Source: Candidatus Fokinia solitaria
GTDB taxonomy: Bacteria; Pseudomonadota; Alphaproteobacteria; Rickettsiales; Midichloriaceae
Direction of reading: 5' to 3'
Length of the DNA stretch: 32,000 nt
Assembly (NCBI RefSeq): GCF_003072485.1
Contig: NZ_CP025989.1
Location: forward strand, 420,001-452,000
Numbering within the stretch: the first letter of the stretch is position 1; each line of letters opens with the position of its first letter. The notes under the pieces are model-generated. The model saw only the letters and a list, made by a program, of their open reading frames with translations, made no database searches and had not been told where the DNA came from. Both the position numbers and the translations under genes were made by a program. This document shows positions 18,419-28,525 of this stretch, one piece after another.

Positions 18419-19312
18419 ATGTTTTTTCAAGATATCAAGTTAGCACTTATAGAATTTTGGATGGAATCAGGCTGTATACTATTGGAAGGCTATGACATGA
18501 AAGTCGGCGCTGGTACATCACACCCCGCTACAGCTTTAATGTGCCTTACCAAAAATCCATGGAACGTTGTATATGTACAGCCTAGTACCCGCCCTACTGA
18601 TGGTAGATATGCTATTACACCAAATAGAACGCAATTCTATTATCAATTACAAGTAATAATGAAACCTTCTCCGGATAACATACAAGCACTATGCTTGCAA
18701 AGTCTCCGTAATATAGGACTGAAAGTAGAAAGTAATAACATATGCTTTATAGAAGATGATTGGCAAAATCCTACCTTAGGCGCATCAGGATTAGGATGGG
18801 AATTGCAATTGAACGGAACGGAAATTTTACAATTTACTTACATGCAACAAATTGGAGGCTTAAAATGCAATCCAGTACCATGCGAGATAACATATGGTCT
18901 TGAGAGATTAGCGATGCACGTACAGAATGTTGACAGTTTTTGGGATATAATCTGGTCTCCATCTGGCATCACATACGGTGAACTTTTTAAAAAACAGGAA
19001 GAAACGTATTCACATTTTAACTTTGAGTATGCTAATACGGAAATGCTTTTAAATCATTTTCAAGATAACATTGCAGAATGTAAGAGGCTATTGGTGATAG
19101 CGCGTGAGAAAAATATCAACCTCGTTATGCAAGCTTATGATTGCTTTCTTAGTGCAGCTCATCTTTTTAACTTACTAGAAGCGAGAAAAATGATTACCAT
19201 CGTGCAAAGAACTTCTTACATGAAAGTACTTAGAGAAGTAGCGACCATGTGTTGTAAAGAATGGATAGAATTTGAAAGTGAGAATGTGGCGCACAAAGAT
19301 CTTAACTCTTAA
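18419..19312 (+). CDS. glyQ: Glycyl-tRNA synthetase alpha subunit
   Basis: MFFQDIKLALIEFWMESGCILLEGYDMKVGAGTSHPATAL, YVQPSTRPTDGRYAITPNRTQFYYQLQVIMKPSPDN, and ITYGLERLAMHVQ. Confidence 0.96.
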   Translation: MFFQDIKLALIEFWMESGCILLEGYDMKVGAGTSHPATALMCLTKNPWNVVYVQPSTRPTDGRYAITPNRTQFYYQLQVIMKPSPDNIQALCLQSLRNIGLKVESNNICFIEDDWQNPTLGASGLGWELQLNGTEILQFTYMQQIGGLKCNPVPCEITYGLERLAMHVQNVDSFWDIIWSPSGITYGELFKKQEETYSHFNFEYANTEMLLNHFQDNIAECKRLLVIAREKNINLVMQAYDCFLSAAHLFNLLEARKMITIVQRTSYMKVLREVATMCCKEWIEFESENVAHKDLNS

Positions 19313-20003
19313 TCCTGAAGCTTTTCCGGGACCATTAGCGCATTCAGTAATCGGAAGAGGATTAAGTAAGTGGTGGAATTTAGAGGTAAAAAATATAAGA
19401 GACTACTCTAAACTAAAACATAAAAAAGCGGATGACACAATATATGGCGGAGGAAACGGAATGTTAATAAGAGCGGATGTTCTTGGAGATGCAATAGATG
19501 ATTTTTTTGAAACTGATAATCCAAATAAGCCAATATTATACGCCTCTCCAAGAGGCATAAAGTTTGATCAAAAAATGGCTTTAGACTTTTCGCAAAAGCA
19601 AGGCATACAACTAATATCAGGCAAATTTGAAGGAATAGATGAAAGAGTTTTGCAATATTACAATATCAAAGAAGTAAGCATAGGAGATTACATTCTCTCT
19701 TCTGGAGATATTCCAATTCTAGTAATTATCAATGCGTGTGTGAGGTTATTAAGCGATACCTTCATCACAAAAGGCGATAATCTTAATCCTCTGAATGAAG
19801 AGTCATTTTCACTTTTCGATCAAGAATTAGGCGCTCTTCTAGAATATCCTCAATATACTAAGCCTCGTATTTGGCGTGACTTAGAAGTACCAAAGATTTT
19901 CTTATCCGGTCATCATAAAAATATTCAAGATATAAGAAAGATTGAAGCTAAAAGAAAAACTCTTTTAATGAAGAAAAAGTTCAATAATAATAAAGATGTT
20001 TAA
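19284..20003 (+). CDS. trmD: tRNA (guanine-N1)-methyltransferase
   Basis: MWRTKILTLNPEAFPGPLAHSVIGRGL, KADDTIYGGGNGMLIRADVLGDAID, and GKFEGIDERVLQYYNIKEVSIGDYILSSGDIPILVIINACVRLL. Overlaps the glyQ 3' end; internal Met preferred to the track start 19272. Confidence 0.92.
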   Translation: MWRTKILTLNPEAFPGPLAHSVIGRGLSKWWNLEVKNIRDYSKLKHKKADDTIYGGGNGMLIRADVLGDAIDDFFETDNPNKPILYASPRGIKFDQKMALDFSQKQGIQLISGKFEGIDERVLQYYNIKEVSIGDYILSSGDIPILVIINACVRLLSDTFITKGDNLNPLNEESFSLFDQELGALLEYPQYTKPRIWRDLEVPKIFLSGHHKNIQDIRKIEAKRKTLLMKKKFNNNKDV

Positions 20004-20018
20004 ATATCACTCTTATTT

Positions 20019-21119
20019 ATGAAGAAAACGTACATTTTAATACCAGTATTCATATCTTGTATCGCAATAATAGTAGCTTTTCTTTATTTTTCTCAACAAA
20101 AAGATATCAATCAAAATCGCTTTGAAGATCTTCTGAAAGAGAAATTTGCTTCTCATGGCTTTATTCTCGACTGCGCTTCCATTACACAAGAAAGTAGTTC
20201 CCTCATTTTAAACAATGTTACAATAGTAGGAGCACTGCCAATTTTTAAAGCTGAAGTACTCTTTGATAAAATAAAAGTAACAAGTAATAGTGTCTCTACG
20301 GATGTAGAACTTTTAGGTGAGGTAAAGGCGAACATATATCAGTCTACAGATTATAAAATACCTTTAAAATCTCACATTATCTTACGAGATTACAATCAAT
20401 TTAAATTATCTATACCTGCGAATAAGAATACTAAGGACGTAGCTGAATACTTTTCATTTCAGTCAATGTTAAGTAATGCAAAACTGTACATAGATAATCA
20501 AGAAAAGATCTTTCTAAGGGAGTGTTATGTCAATATAATAGGAAATCCTACGAATGAGCGCTTAATAGACATCAAAATACATTTCGAAAATACAAATGAA
20601 AACCACATTAACTCAAACAACGAAATATACTCACTAAATGCTCGTCTCATAAATCATGAAGAAAAAGAAGAGAATGCATATAAGATAGAAAAGTTCCTCC
20701 TAAAAAGCGGTACATACTCTATAAAAGCAAGTGGCGATATATCTTTTTATACTTTTAGCGCTTTTCAAGACTCTAATGCTGATACAGATATGTCATACGT
20801 GAAGTCACAAAATATTGTTATTCAGCTTCAGAACTATAAAGGCATCAGTACTACAATTACAGACTTAGTACGGCAATTTTATCAAAGTTTCTTTGAGAAG
20901 TACAATAAAAGTGCAGCTGAAATATCAGAGTATGAACTACAGATAGCTATCGTGCGTCTCATAGAATTTATATCACAAGACATAAAGGGAGACGAATCCA
21001 GCATTCATCTCGTTTATGATAAAAAAAATGGCATGACTTTTTCAGGGAAAACAAATAACGATTTTATGACATTCATGAAAACACTACAGCTTATAAAGAA
21101 AGAAGTAGTATCAAAATAA
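20019..21119 (+). CDS. Hypothetical protein with N-terminal signal anchor, probably exported or periplasmic
   Basis: 366 aa; MKKTYILIPVFISCIAIIVAFLYFSQQ signal/anchor followed by a polar beta-rich-looking chain. No family recognised. Confidence 0.65.
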   Translation: MKKTYILIPVFISCIAIIVAFLYFSQQKDINQNRFEDLLKEKFASHGFILDCASITQESSSLILNNVTIVGALPIFKAEVLFDKIKVTSNSVSTDVELLGEVKANIYQSTDYKIPLKSHIILRDYNQFKLSIPANKNTKDVAEYFSFQSMLSNAKLYIDNQEKIFLRECYVNIIGNPTNERLIDIKIHFENTNENHINSNNEIYSLNARLINHEEKEENAYKIEKFLLKSGTYSIKASGDISFYTFSAFQDSNADTDMSYVKSQNIVIQLQNYKGISTTITDLVRQFYQSFFEKYNKSAAEISEYELQIAIVRLIEFISQDIKGDESSIHLVYDKKNGMTFSGKTNNDFMTFMKTLQLIKKEVVSK

Positions 21120-21296
21120 ACGGCAATACTTTAGATTTATTAACATCATTTTAGTAACCACCTAAATTTAGCGTCTACAATATACTTTTCTCCTTGTAGT
21201 GAACGAAACAGATATGTAGCATACTGCATAAATTAAAAACATTAATGTGCAGTAAGCATACTTTTTATAAATTCAACCTCAAAAGGAGTATGAAAG

Positions 21297-22865
21297 ATGT
21301 CTAGTACAAACATTATACTATGCGATCATAAGGATTATTTATCCAATGATGCTTACGTTTCATCTGAGAGGCAGTTTTCGCAATCCTATATCACGGCGCT
21401 TAGCTTATTTCAAAATACCATATTGAATTTGCGTTTTTATGATAAATTTACTCAACCGATGCTGATATGCACAAATCTTGCATATAAGAATACAGTAATC
21501 TCTCAATTGCATGAAATTGGCGTGCGAAAGGCAATACTGCTATGCGAAGATTCGATATATGGTAGTGCAGTATCACTGATGCTTGCTATACAGTATCTTC
21601 TTTCAGTTGCTGCAATGACGGCTAATCATCAAGTAATTTGCACAATGTTATCTCATATCAAAACGATCAATTTCGATCTTTTTCATACGCATGCTATAAC
21701 AAAATGTATCGCAAAAGCAAAAAGTAATAATATGCACCTTAGTAAGGTATTATGTTTTGCTGCACCGACAAATTATTTTGATGAAAATACCTCATATATA
21801 GAGATCAAAGGAGATAAAATAATACCTAATAACACATTACATGATATTAAATCATTTCCGGAAACACCGTATTCTAAAAAAACTATAGCAAAAATCAAAA
21901 ACTCTATAAAAAGTTACAGTGAATCGCCTACGAGAACAGCGATTAAAGGTGGTAAAAACAATCACACGTATCTTTCAGAAATTGGAGTATACTACTCCTC
22001 GCTAAAAGTGCTATGCGATTGCTTTCAACTTCATATGAGTGATTGTTTTCAAGAAACAAAGAAATTATTTACGAACGATGATATTAAGACAGAACGTTCA
22101 TTCATAATAAAAGAAATTTCTACCGACGCTAGCATTCAAAAAGTACTATCATCATATCCAAAATATAATGACTTCTCACAATCTATTCTAAGATACTCGG
22201 ATAATGCAATCGTATGTACGCCTGAAGATTACTCAGAATCCGTAAATTGGAATGAAGTATATCATACCTCTAAGATGGACATCGAGAATGCGCAATTGCC
22301 TCATCTAAATATCGCGCAAAACAACATTGCTTCTCAAGAAAGAGAACCTGTACACTCTTTTCAAGCGTTTTTACATCAACATCATGCAACTTTTGAATCA
22401 AAAAGTGATTCGCAAAACATAACATATGAATGCCAAGATAGCGCTAAAATTATAATAAAAGAACTGAAAGCGAAATATGCAAAGGCGGAAATAGAAAGTC
22501 ATGAAAAGCCTCAGTCATTGACAGAGAAACGAGTATTTACAATGTATTCGTTTGAAGATTTGTTGCATGATTTCTTAGCGCACAATATTTCCGAGAATAT
22601 AACGTTATCGGATGGTAATATACTGTTCATTGAAAAGCCAATGCTGCTAATGGCACAAGATAATAGTGTAATTTGGGAATTTGACACAGTAATTATCGTT
22701 GCGCATAAAAAGTACATTCACATAGTACGAAACGTGATAAAAGATCTAGGAAATAGCGAAGAAGCATACGAAATACTACAACAACTATTTGAAACTGAAA
22801 ATAAGACAGATAAAGCACTGTTAAAAATGATATTGGAAGAACACAAAAACAGCTTTATCTTTTAA
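21297..22865 (+). CDS. Degenerate mannose-1-phosphate guanylyltransferase-like protein, catalytic signature absent
   Basis: 522 aa with SD-like AAGGAG upstream. SLFQNTILNL...QPMLICTNLAYKNTVISQLHEIGVRKAILLCEDSIYGSAVSLMLAIQYLL matches the colinear GMP motifs; DFSQSILRYSDNAIVCTPEDYSESVNWNEVYHTS matches SxDYAVMExTDNAVVVPxDxGWSDVGSW; VIWEFDTVIIVAHKKYIHIVRNVIKDL matches xxxxxDAVLVAxRxxxQxVKxVVxxL. GGxGTRLWPLSR is missing. Confidence 0.55.
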   Translation: MSSTNIILCDHKDYLSNDAYVSSERQFSQSYITALSLFQNTILNLRFYDKFTQPMLICTNLAYKNTVISQLHEIGVRKAILLCEDSIYGSAVSLMLAIQYLLSVAAMTANHQVICTMLSHIKTINFDLFHTHAITKCIAKAKSNNMHLSKVLCFAAPTNYFDENTSYIEIKGDKIIPNNTLHDIKSFPETPYSKKTIAKIKNSIKSYSESPTRTAIKGGKNNHTYLSEIGVYYSSLKVLCDCFQLHMSDCFQETKKLFTNDDIKTERSFIIKEISTDASIQKVLSSYPKYNDFSQSILRYSDNAIVCTPEDYSESVNWNEVYHTSKMDIENAQLPHLNIAQNNIASQEREPVHSFQAFLHQHHATFESKSDSQNITYECQDSAKIIIKELKAKYAKAEIESHEKPQSLTEKRVFTMYSFEDLLHDFLAHNISENITLSDGNILFIEKPMLLMAQDNSVIWEFDTVIIVAHKKYIHIVRNVIKDLGNSEEAYEILQQLFETENKTDKALLKMILEEHKNSFIF

Positions 22866-22916
22866 GCTATTCCTATAATAATCCTCTTCAGATATCACTA
22901 TTCAGTTCACTTAGAA

Positions 22917-24143
22917 ATGTCTATTAAGTTGTTGATGCCAGCTCTTTCCCCTACAATGAAAGAAGGAAATTTGATAAAGTGGCTAAAAAAAGAAGGCGAC
23001 GTCATAGCATCCGGAGATGTCATTGCTGAGATAGAAACGGATAAAGCAATAATGGAATTTGAATCAGCAGATTCTGGTGTTTTAGGGAAAATTTTAGTTT
23101 CAGAAGGTACTTCTAACGTCAAGGTAAAGGAGTTAATTGCTATTATCTTGGAAGAAGGCGAATCAGAAGCGGATATAGAAGCGATATTAAATGCTACTGC
23201 TCTACAAACACATACTACGCCTCCTAAAAGTGAAGAGGATAAGAAAGTAGATAAAAATAAGAGTATCGATATAGCTGCCCCTTCCACTTCTCAAGAAGAA
23301 AGAATATTTATATCTCCAATAGCTAGAAAATTGGCAATGGATCATAAAGTGGATATCAAGCATATAAAAGGAAGTGGCCCGTACTCTAGAATAGTAAAAA
23401 GAGATGTTGAAGAAGTAATTGCAGTTACTGCAAGCGATAGTAGCACTCCTAATACTACGCTTTCATTCACAAAGATGCGCGCTGCAATAGCGGAACGATT
23501 AAGCTTTTCTAAAAAGAATATACCTCATTTCTACATTTCTGTTGAGTGCAATATTGATAATCTGCTATCGATTAGAAAGTCGCTAAATGACAGTATGAAA
23601 AAAGCGAATTTGGATAAAAAAATCTCCATCAACGATTTTTTCGTAAAAGCTACCGCTCTATCATTACAAAAACATCATAAATTTCGCTCCTCTTTTGAAG
23701 AAGAAAAATGGCTTCAGCATGACTTCGCAGATATTGCAATTGCAATTTCTGTAGAGGATGGATTATTTACTCCAGTTGTCAAAAATTCTGCGCAAAAGTC
23801 TTTACTGCATATTTCCACAGAAGTACTTGAATTAGCGCAGAAAGCGCGTTCCCGTTCTTTACGACATAGCGAAATTTCTGGTGGATGCATTACAATTTCA
23901 AATCTTGGCATGTATGGCATTAGAAGCTTTTTACCGATTATTAATCCTCCACATGTTTCTATTCTTGCTATAGGAGGTGCAATTCATAAACCTACTGTAA
24001 GCAGCGAAGGAAATATCGTAGCATCTCAAACAATCGAGATAACACTCGCTTGTGATCATAGGGTTATAGACGGCGTAGATGCAGCTCTTTTCATCAATGA
24101 TATAAAATCTTATGTCGAAAATAGCATGTCGCTGATAATGTAG
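22917..24143 (+). CDS. pdhC: Dihydrolipoamide acyltransferase (E2) of the pyruvate dehydrogenase type
   Basis: Lipoyl domain [49 protein letters not shown]3-binding [33 protein letters not shown], catalytic [13 protein letters not shown]. Confidence 0.94.
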   Translation: MSIKLLMPALSPTMKEGNLIKWLKKEGDVIASGDVIAEIETDKAIMEFESADSGVLGKILVSEGTSNVKVKELIAIILEEGESEADIEAILNATALQTHTTPPKSEEDKKVDKNKSIDIAAPSTSQEERIFISPIARKLAMDHKVDIKHIKGSGPYSRIVKRDVEEVIAVTASDSSTPNTTLSFTKMRAAIAERLSFSKKNIPHFYISVECNIDNLLSIRKSLNDSMKKANLDKKISINDFFVKATALSLQKHHKFRSSFEEEKWLQHDFADIAIAISVEDGLFTPVVKNSAQKSLLHISTEVLELAQKARSRSLRHSEISGGCITISNLGMYGIRSFLPIINPPHVSILAIGGAIHKPTVSSEGNIVASQTIEITLACDHRVIDGVDAALFINDIKSYVENSMSLIM

Positions 24144-24263
24144 TGACATAATTCACTTCACTTCTCTACAAGAATTTTTCTTATATCATCAAAAATACTG
24201 TCAAGTACTTGCGTTCTTTTTCGTTTTCGATAGTATTCTGTTAATTAAATATTGTATTTTAGA

Positions 24264-24953
24264 ATGTCCATAGTAGGTTGTTCATTTAGAGATTTCCCTG
24301 ATTGTAAGGTAAAGATCGTATCTGGCGATTCGGCGGTTGATTTATCAAAAATCCCTTCATATTTAGGAACGCATAGTAATCCATCAGAAGCAGTACAAAA
24401 AGAGGGAAAATTCGCAATATGTGATGCTACTTTACATAGCATCATGACTTGGTGCACAGGATATAAAGTGTTATTTTTCTTCTATCCTTTAAATTTTACC
24501 TTTGTATGCCCTTCTGAGATAATAGCACTTAATAAAATGAAAAGTGAATTTGAATCAAGAAAAACTAAGGTCTTCTTAGTAAGTGTTGATTCTCACTATA
24601 GTCATATAGCTTATGCCACGACTAGTAAGGAGAACGGTGGCATCGGAGAAATGGGGCATGCTATGATTTCTGATATAAATAAAGAATTATCTGTCGCTCT
24701 TGGTGTTTTACATCACTCTGGCGTGTCGCTGCGTGCAGCTATCATCATAGGAGAAGATGGTATTATCAAACATCAAACTGTTAACGAATTAGCGATAGGA
24801 AGAAATACTAATGAATTACTAAGAGTGCTCGATGCAATAGAGCATAATAAACAATACGGCGAAGTATGTCCTATAAATTGGAAGAAGGGAGAAGCAGCGA
24901 TGGTACCAAATGTTGATGGAATGAAGAAGTATATCAACACTTCTAATTCGTAA
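24264..24953 (+). CDS. 2-Cys peroxiredoxin (AhpC/Prx family)
   Basis: FFFYPLNFTFVCPSEIIALNK (peroxidatic Cys), VSVDSHYSHIAYA, and YGEVCPINWKKG (resolving Cys). ATG at 24264; the track start 24252 is TTG. Confidence 0.95.
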   Translation: MSIVGCSFRDFPDCKVKIVSGDSAVDLSKIPSYLGTHSNPSEAVQKEGKFAICDATLHSIMTWCTGYKVLFFFYPLNFTFVCPSEIIALNKMKSEFESRKTKVFLVSVDSHYSHIAYATTSKENGGIGEMGHAMISDINKELSVALGVLHHSGVSLRAAIIIGEDGIIKHQTVNELAIGRNTNELLRVLDAIEHNKQYGEVCPINWKKGEAAMVPNVDGMKKYINTSNS

Positions 24954-24991
24954 CTAAGAGAAATTGTTAAAAAATCATTTTTCATGTTAGC

Positions 24992-26278
24992 ATGAATCCA
25001 GTTTTGCAAATAGAAAGAGGAAAAGTAGTTTCAGCACTCTCTATTGTACAATCAATAGTAGAGCGACGTAACATCAATCCTATATTATCTCATGTCAAAA
25101 TTATCATTTACTCTTCTGGAGTGATGCGATTTGTATGTACTGACATGGATATTGTTGTATCTTCCACCATCGATGTAGAAGCGTTCGATACTACACAAAA
25201 GAAGATCGCTTTTACCACTCCTGTGTCCGTTTTCTATGAAATTCTACGAAAAATGCAAGATCGATATATAGATCTCGATCTTTCAAACGTCGAAAGCGGA
25301 TTACTCATAGTGAAGACCGATGATTCTCAATTTAAGTTAGGTTGCTCAGAAGAAGATAAATTTCCTCCTCTTGATATCGAAGAGTATCATATTAAGAATT
25401 TTGCAACTCCTAGTAGTGTAGAACAAGTCTCATCTCACAATTTCTTGATGCACGTTACAGCAGAAGAGTTGTATCACTTGCTCTCAGGTACAAAATATGC
25501 GATCTCATCTAGTGAAATCTCTTATCATCTCAATGGCATCTGCTTCCAAGCGGTAAAAGCTGACACCATTCCAAGCAAATACGAATGCTTTGAATTGCTC
25601 CGTGCTTCCTCGGCACAAAGTGCAGAAGATTATAATGTAGATCATACAGAAAATTTCCTGTTAGCAGTTTCTACAGATACTCATAGGCTTGCAACTGCAG
25701 CTATTCCAATACAAGAAGGCGCTTTTGAAATAAAAGAAGTAATAGTGCCAAAAAAGACAGTAATGGAATTGCTGAAGCTTACAGAAAACATGGAAAGGAA
25801 AGACAAAATCAACATCAGTATGCATGAACGAAAGATAATTTTTTCCACTCCGGACGTAGTAATAGTATCTAAGCTAATTAGTAGTGAATTTCCTTCTTAT
25901 CGTGAAATATTAAAGGAAAAGTACGATAAAATTGTAACGGTATCAAGGAAGGCTATGATCGCAGCAATAGACATCGTAACCTCTGTTATAGATGATAAAA
26001 TGAAGCCTTGCCAAGTTTCATTTTCTGAAGATAATGTTGAAATCTCTGTTGAAAGTCAAATACATACTAAAGGCAGCGGAGTAAAAAATATCAAATCTCG
26101 TACTAATGGAGAGATAAAGTTTACTATCATACTCAATTCTCGTTATGTGCTTGATACCTTAAACGTGATAGAAGAGGATGAAGTAGAGATACTGATGCGC
26201 GATATAGAATCGGCTATTATAGTCAGAGGTGCTGATAATCAGTGTTCGATACATATGATTATGCCTATGCAGCCTTAG
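24992..26278 (+). CDS. dnaN: DNA polymerase III beta subunit (sliding clamp)
   Basis: ALSIVQSIVERRNINPILSHVKI, LSGTKYAISSSEISYHLNGICF, LLAVSTDTHRLATAAIP, and C-terminal IESAIIVRGADNQCSIHMIMPMQP. Confidence 0.95.
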   Translation: MNPVLQIERGKVVSALSIVQSIVERRNINPILSHVKIIIYSSGVMRFVCTDMDIVVSSTIDVEAFDTTQKKIAFTTPVSVFYEILRKMQDRYIDLDLSNVESGLLIVKTDDSQFKLGCSEEDKFPPLDIEEYHIKNFATPSSVEQVSSHNFLMHVTAEELYHLLSGTKYAISSSEISYHLNGICFQAVKADTIPSKYECFELLRASSAQSAEDYNVDHTENFLLAVSTDTHRLATAAIPIQEGAFEIKEVIVPKKTVMELLKLTENMERKDKINISMHERKIIFSTPDVVIVSKLISSEFPSYREILKEKYDKIVTVSRKAMIAAIDIVTSVIDDKMKPCQVSFSEDNVEISVESQIHTKGSGVKNIKSRTNGEIKFTIILNSRYVLDTLNVIEEDEVEILMRDIESAIIVRGADNQCSIHMIMPMQP

Positions 26279-27485
26279 TTTTATAGATCAATCTTATATG
26301 ATTTTTATTATTTCTCTCTAGCTCGCCACTTAACTCTAGTTCAGTTATAGCTAGCATTAGCGCATCTACTTCGAAGTTTGTATGCGCAAGTATCTCCTCT
26401 ACCGTAGTATATGATGAATACGATAGCACATCAGTGAGAGATTGATGTATTGCTTCTTCTTCATGCTTTGGTATATGCCGTACTCTACCATGATGCATCG
26501 GCAATCTTAGTGCAATGGACTGAGAAGGCTGCTTACTGTCTCGCAGCTTCATGTTATCTATTTTTATAAGCTTTGCTAATTCCTTCAGTACATCTTCGGC
26601 ATCTTCTACTAGCACTGCGCCATCTCTAATTAACTTATTACTCCCCTTAGATCTTGGATCCATAGGAAAGCCAGGCACCGCAAGTACCTCCCTTCCCTCC
26701 TCTAAAGCAGTTCTAGCAGTTACTAATGTACCTGAATTATGAGATGCTTCTATCACCACTACACAACTACATAACCCTGCTATTATAGCATTTCTTTCCG
26801 GAAAATATGATGCTAACGGCGGAGACGATATTGGATACTGACTCACTACAAGCCCTGTACGATACATCTGACGATACAAATAATCACATGCTTTAGGGTA
26901 TATGTGAGAAATACCGCTTCCTACTACGCCAATTGTACCGCCTTCCAACGCTCCTTCATGCGCCATTCTATCTATACCATCAGCTAATCCAGATACTACC
27001 ACAAATCCGCTCTTTGAAATTTCTGCAGATATACGTTTAGCAAAAATACCACCACCAATAGAAGCATTTCTAGCACCTACTATTGCTACTTTATGCTTTC
27101 GTAAAAGCGAAACATCTCCCTTTACAGTAAGTACAGGAGGTGGAGAATAAGTCTTTAAGAGTAAATCTGGATACTCATCAGAATATGCAAAAATCATCCT
27201 TGCGCCAAGTGCATGGCATTCTCTAATTTCTTTCTGTATTTGATGAACAGATGGTACTAACACGTCATTGCTAAGCTTTCCTTGTTTCTTAAGAGTACCT
27301 ATATGCTCTATTGCCAATGCTGGAGAAGAGAACAAATTTAACAAAGAAAAAAAAGTTGCAGATCTTATATGAGACGTTCTAGCTAATCTAAGCCATGCAA
27401 TCTCGAACTCTTTATCTTTTGCAAAAGCTGAAATTTTTTTCACTATATCAAAAGCTGAAAAAAGAGCGTATTCATCATGTTGCAT
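26265..27485 (-). CDS. dprA: DNA processing protein DprA
   Basis: VAIVGARNASIGGGIFAKRISAEIS, GFVVVSGLADGIDRMAHEGALEGGTIGVVGSGI, YPERNAIIAGLC, and SGTLVTARTALEEGREVLAVPG. Confidence 0.95.
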   Translation of the reverse strand: MQHDEYALFSAFDIVKKISAFAKDKEFEIAWLRLARTSHIRSATFFSLLNLFSSPALAIEHIGTLKKQGKLSNDVLVPSVHQIQKEIRECHALGARMIFAYSDEYPDLLLKTYSPPPVLTVKGDVSLLRKHKVAIVGARNASIGGGIFAKRISAEISKSGFVVVSGLADGIDRMAHEGALEGGTIGVVGSGISHIYPKACDYLYRQMYRTGLVVSQYPISSPPLASYFPERNAIIAGLCSCVVVIEASHNSGTLVTARTALEEGREVLAVPGFPMDPRSKGSNKLIRDGAVLVEDAEDVLKELAKLIKIDNMKLRDSKQPSQSIALRLPMHHGRVRHIPKHEEEAIHQSLTDVLSYSSYTTVEEILAHTNFEVDALMLAITELELSGELERNNKNHIRLIYKTKAA

Positions 27486-27572
27486 TCTAAAAATATATAT
27501 TTTACCCTAAAATGTTTTGTGCCCTTTATACACATTATAAAACGTTACTTCAACAGATATTTTTAGAAAAAC

Positions 27573-28466
27573 ATGCAACGGAAGCGGAGTGATGATATAA
27601 TCGTCAAATTATCACATTTATCGCGATTTAATAAGCCGATACCAATTCTTTTATTGCTACTACCGATATGGTGGACCTTAGTAATCACGCGCAAATTTAT
27701 AACTGATTTTTGGTTTTATTTTTCAATACTCACTCTTGGAGGGATACTAAGTCGTACCGTAGGCTGCATTATTAACGATATTATAGATCGTAAATACGAT
27801 GCTTTCGTGAAAAGAACTGCAAAAAGACCGCTAGCGAAAAATTCTATAGAGATGAAGTATGTCATCATGTATCTGCTACTATTGAGTGCAATAGGACTTT
27901 TTTTGATATTTTTACTACCACTTAAATGTAGATATATTATATGCATTTCTTGCTTACTAATGTGCATATATCCATATATGAAAAGAATAACAAATTATGC
28001 GCAGGTAGTACTTGGCATAGCATTTAATACTGGCATACTTGTTACATTTACACTATCAAATTATAACAATCTCATAGTCCAATCATCTTCTTATATAGCT
28101 GCAGTACTATGGACGATTGGATATGATGCGATATATGCATTGCAAGATGTACACGATGATAAAGCGCTCGGTCTTCGTTCAATTGCAGTAAAATTTGAGA
28201 AAAGTATCTCTGAAGTAGTATGGTATTGCTATAAGATCACTTGCATTTTACTTGGATTCGTTGGCTTAAATCTAGGCTATAATATAGCATTTTTCGTTTT
28301 TCTTGGAGGTGGCTTATATAGCTTGTATGAGCAAATTAAGGTAATCGAATCTCATTCTGAATATACGGATAAGATAATATATGAGAAATTATTTCATCAA
28401 AATGCAATATTTGGCATCATAGTTCTAATTGCCTTATATTTAGGACAAATAAGTCTTGCTTCTTAG
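27573..28466 (+). CDS. ubiA: UbiA-family prenyltransferase (probable 4-hydroxybenzoate polyprenyltransferase)
   Basis: SHLSRFNKPIPILLLLLPIWW, NDIIDRKYDAFVKRTAKRPLAKNSI, YALQDVHDDKALGLRSIAVKF, plus many transmembrane segments. Confidence 0.9.
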   Translation: MQRKRSDDIIVKLSHLSRFNKPIPILLLLLPIWWTLVITRKFITDFWFYFSILTLGGILSRTVGCIINDIIDRKYDAFVKRTAKRPLAKNSIEMKYVIMYLLLLSAIGLFLIFLLPLKCRYIICISCLLMCIYPYMKRITNYAQVVLGIAFNTGILVTFTLSNYNNLIVQSSSYIAAVLWTIGYDAIYALQDVHDDKALGLRSIAVKFEKSISEVVWYCYKITCILLGFVGLNLGYNIAFFVFLGGGLYSLYEQIKVIESHSEYTDKIIYEKLFHQNAIFGIIVLIALYLGQISLAS

Positions 28467-28525
28467 CTTCAATTATCGTATTAAAATATGTGTTTATTGG
28501 TGGTATTAGCATTTTAGCTGGAAGC

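Noticed and set aside
21297-22865. Pseudogene call for the GMP-like ORF
   Set aside because: A 522-codon uninterrupted frame with a ribosome-binding-like AAGGAG and motif preservation along the length argues against simple decay, although catalytic residues are gone.
22907-23287. 126-aa minus-strand ORF at the start of the E2 gene
   Set aside because: Antisense shadow of the lipoyl domain coding sequence.
26265-26278. 14-nt convergent overlap of dnaN and dprA as a sign of misannotation
   Set aside because: Both C-termini look natural; short convergent overlaps are common in compact genomes.
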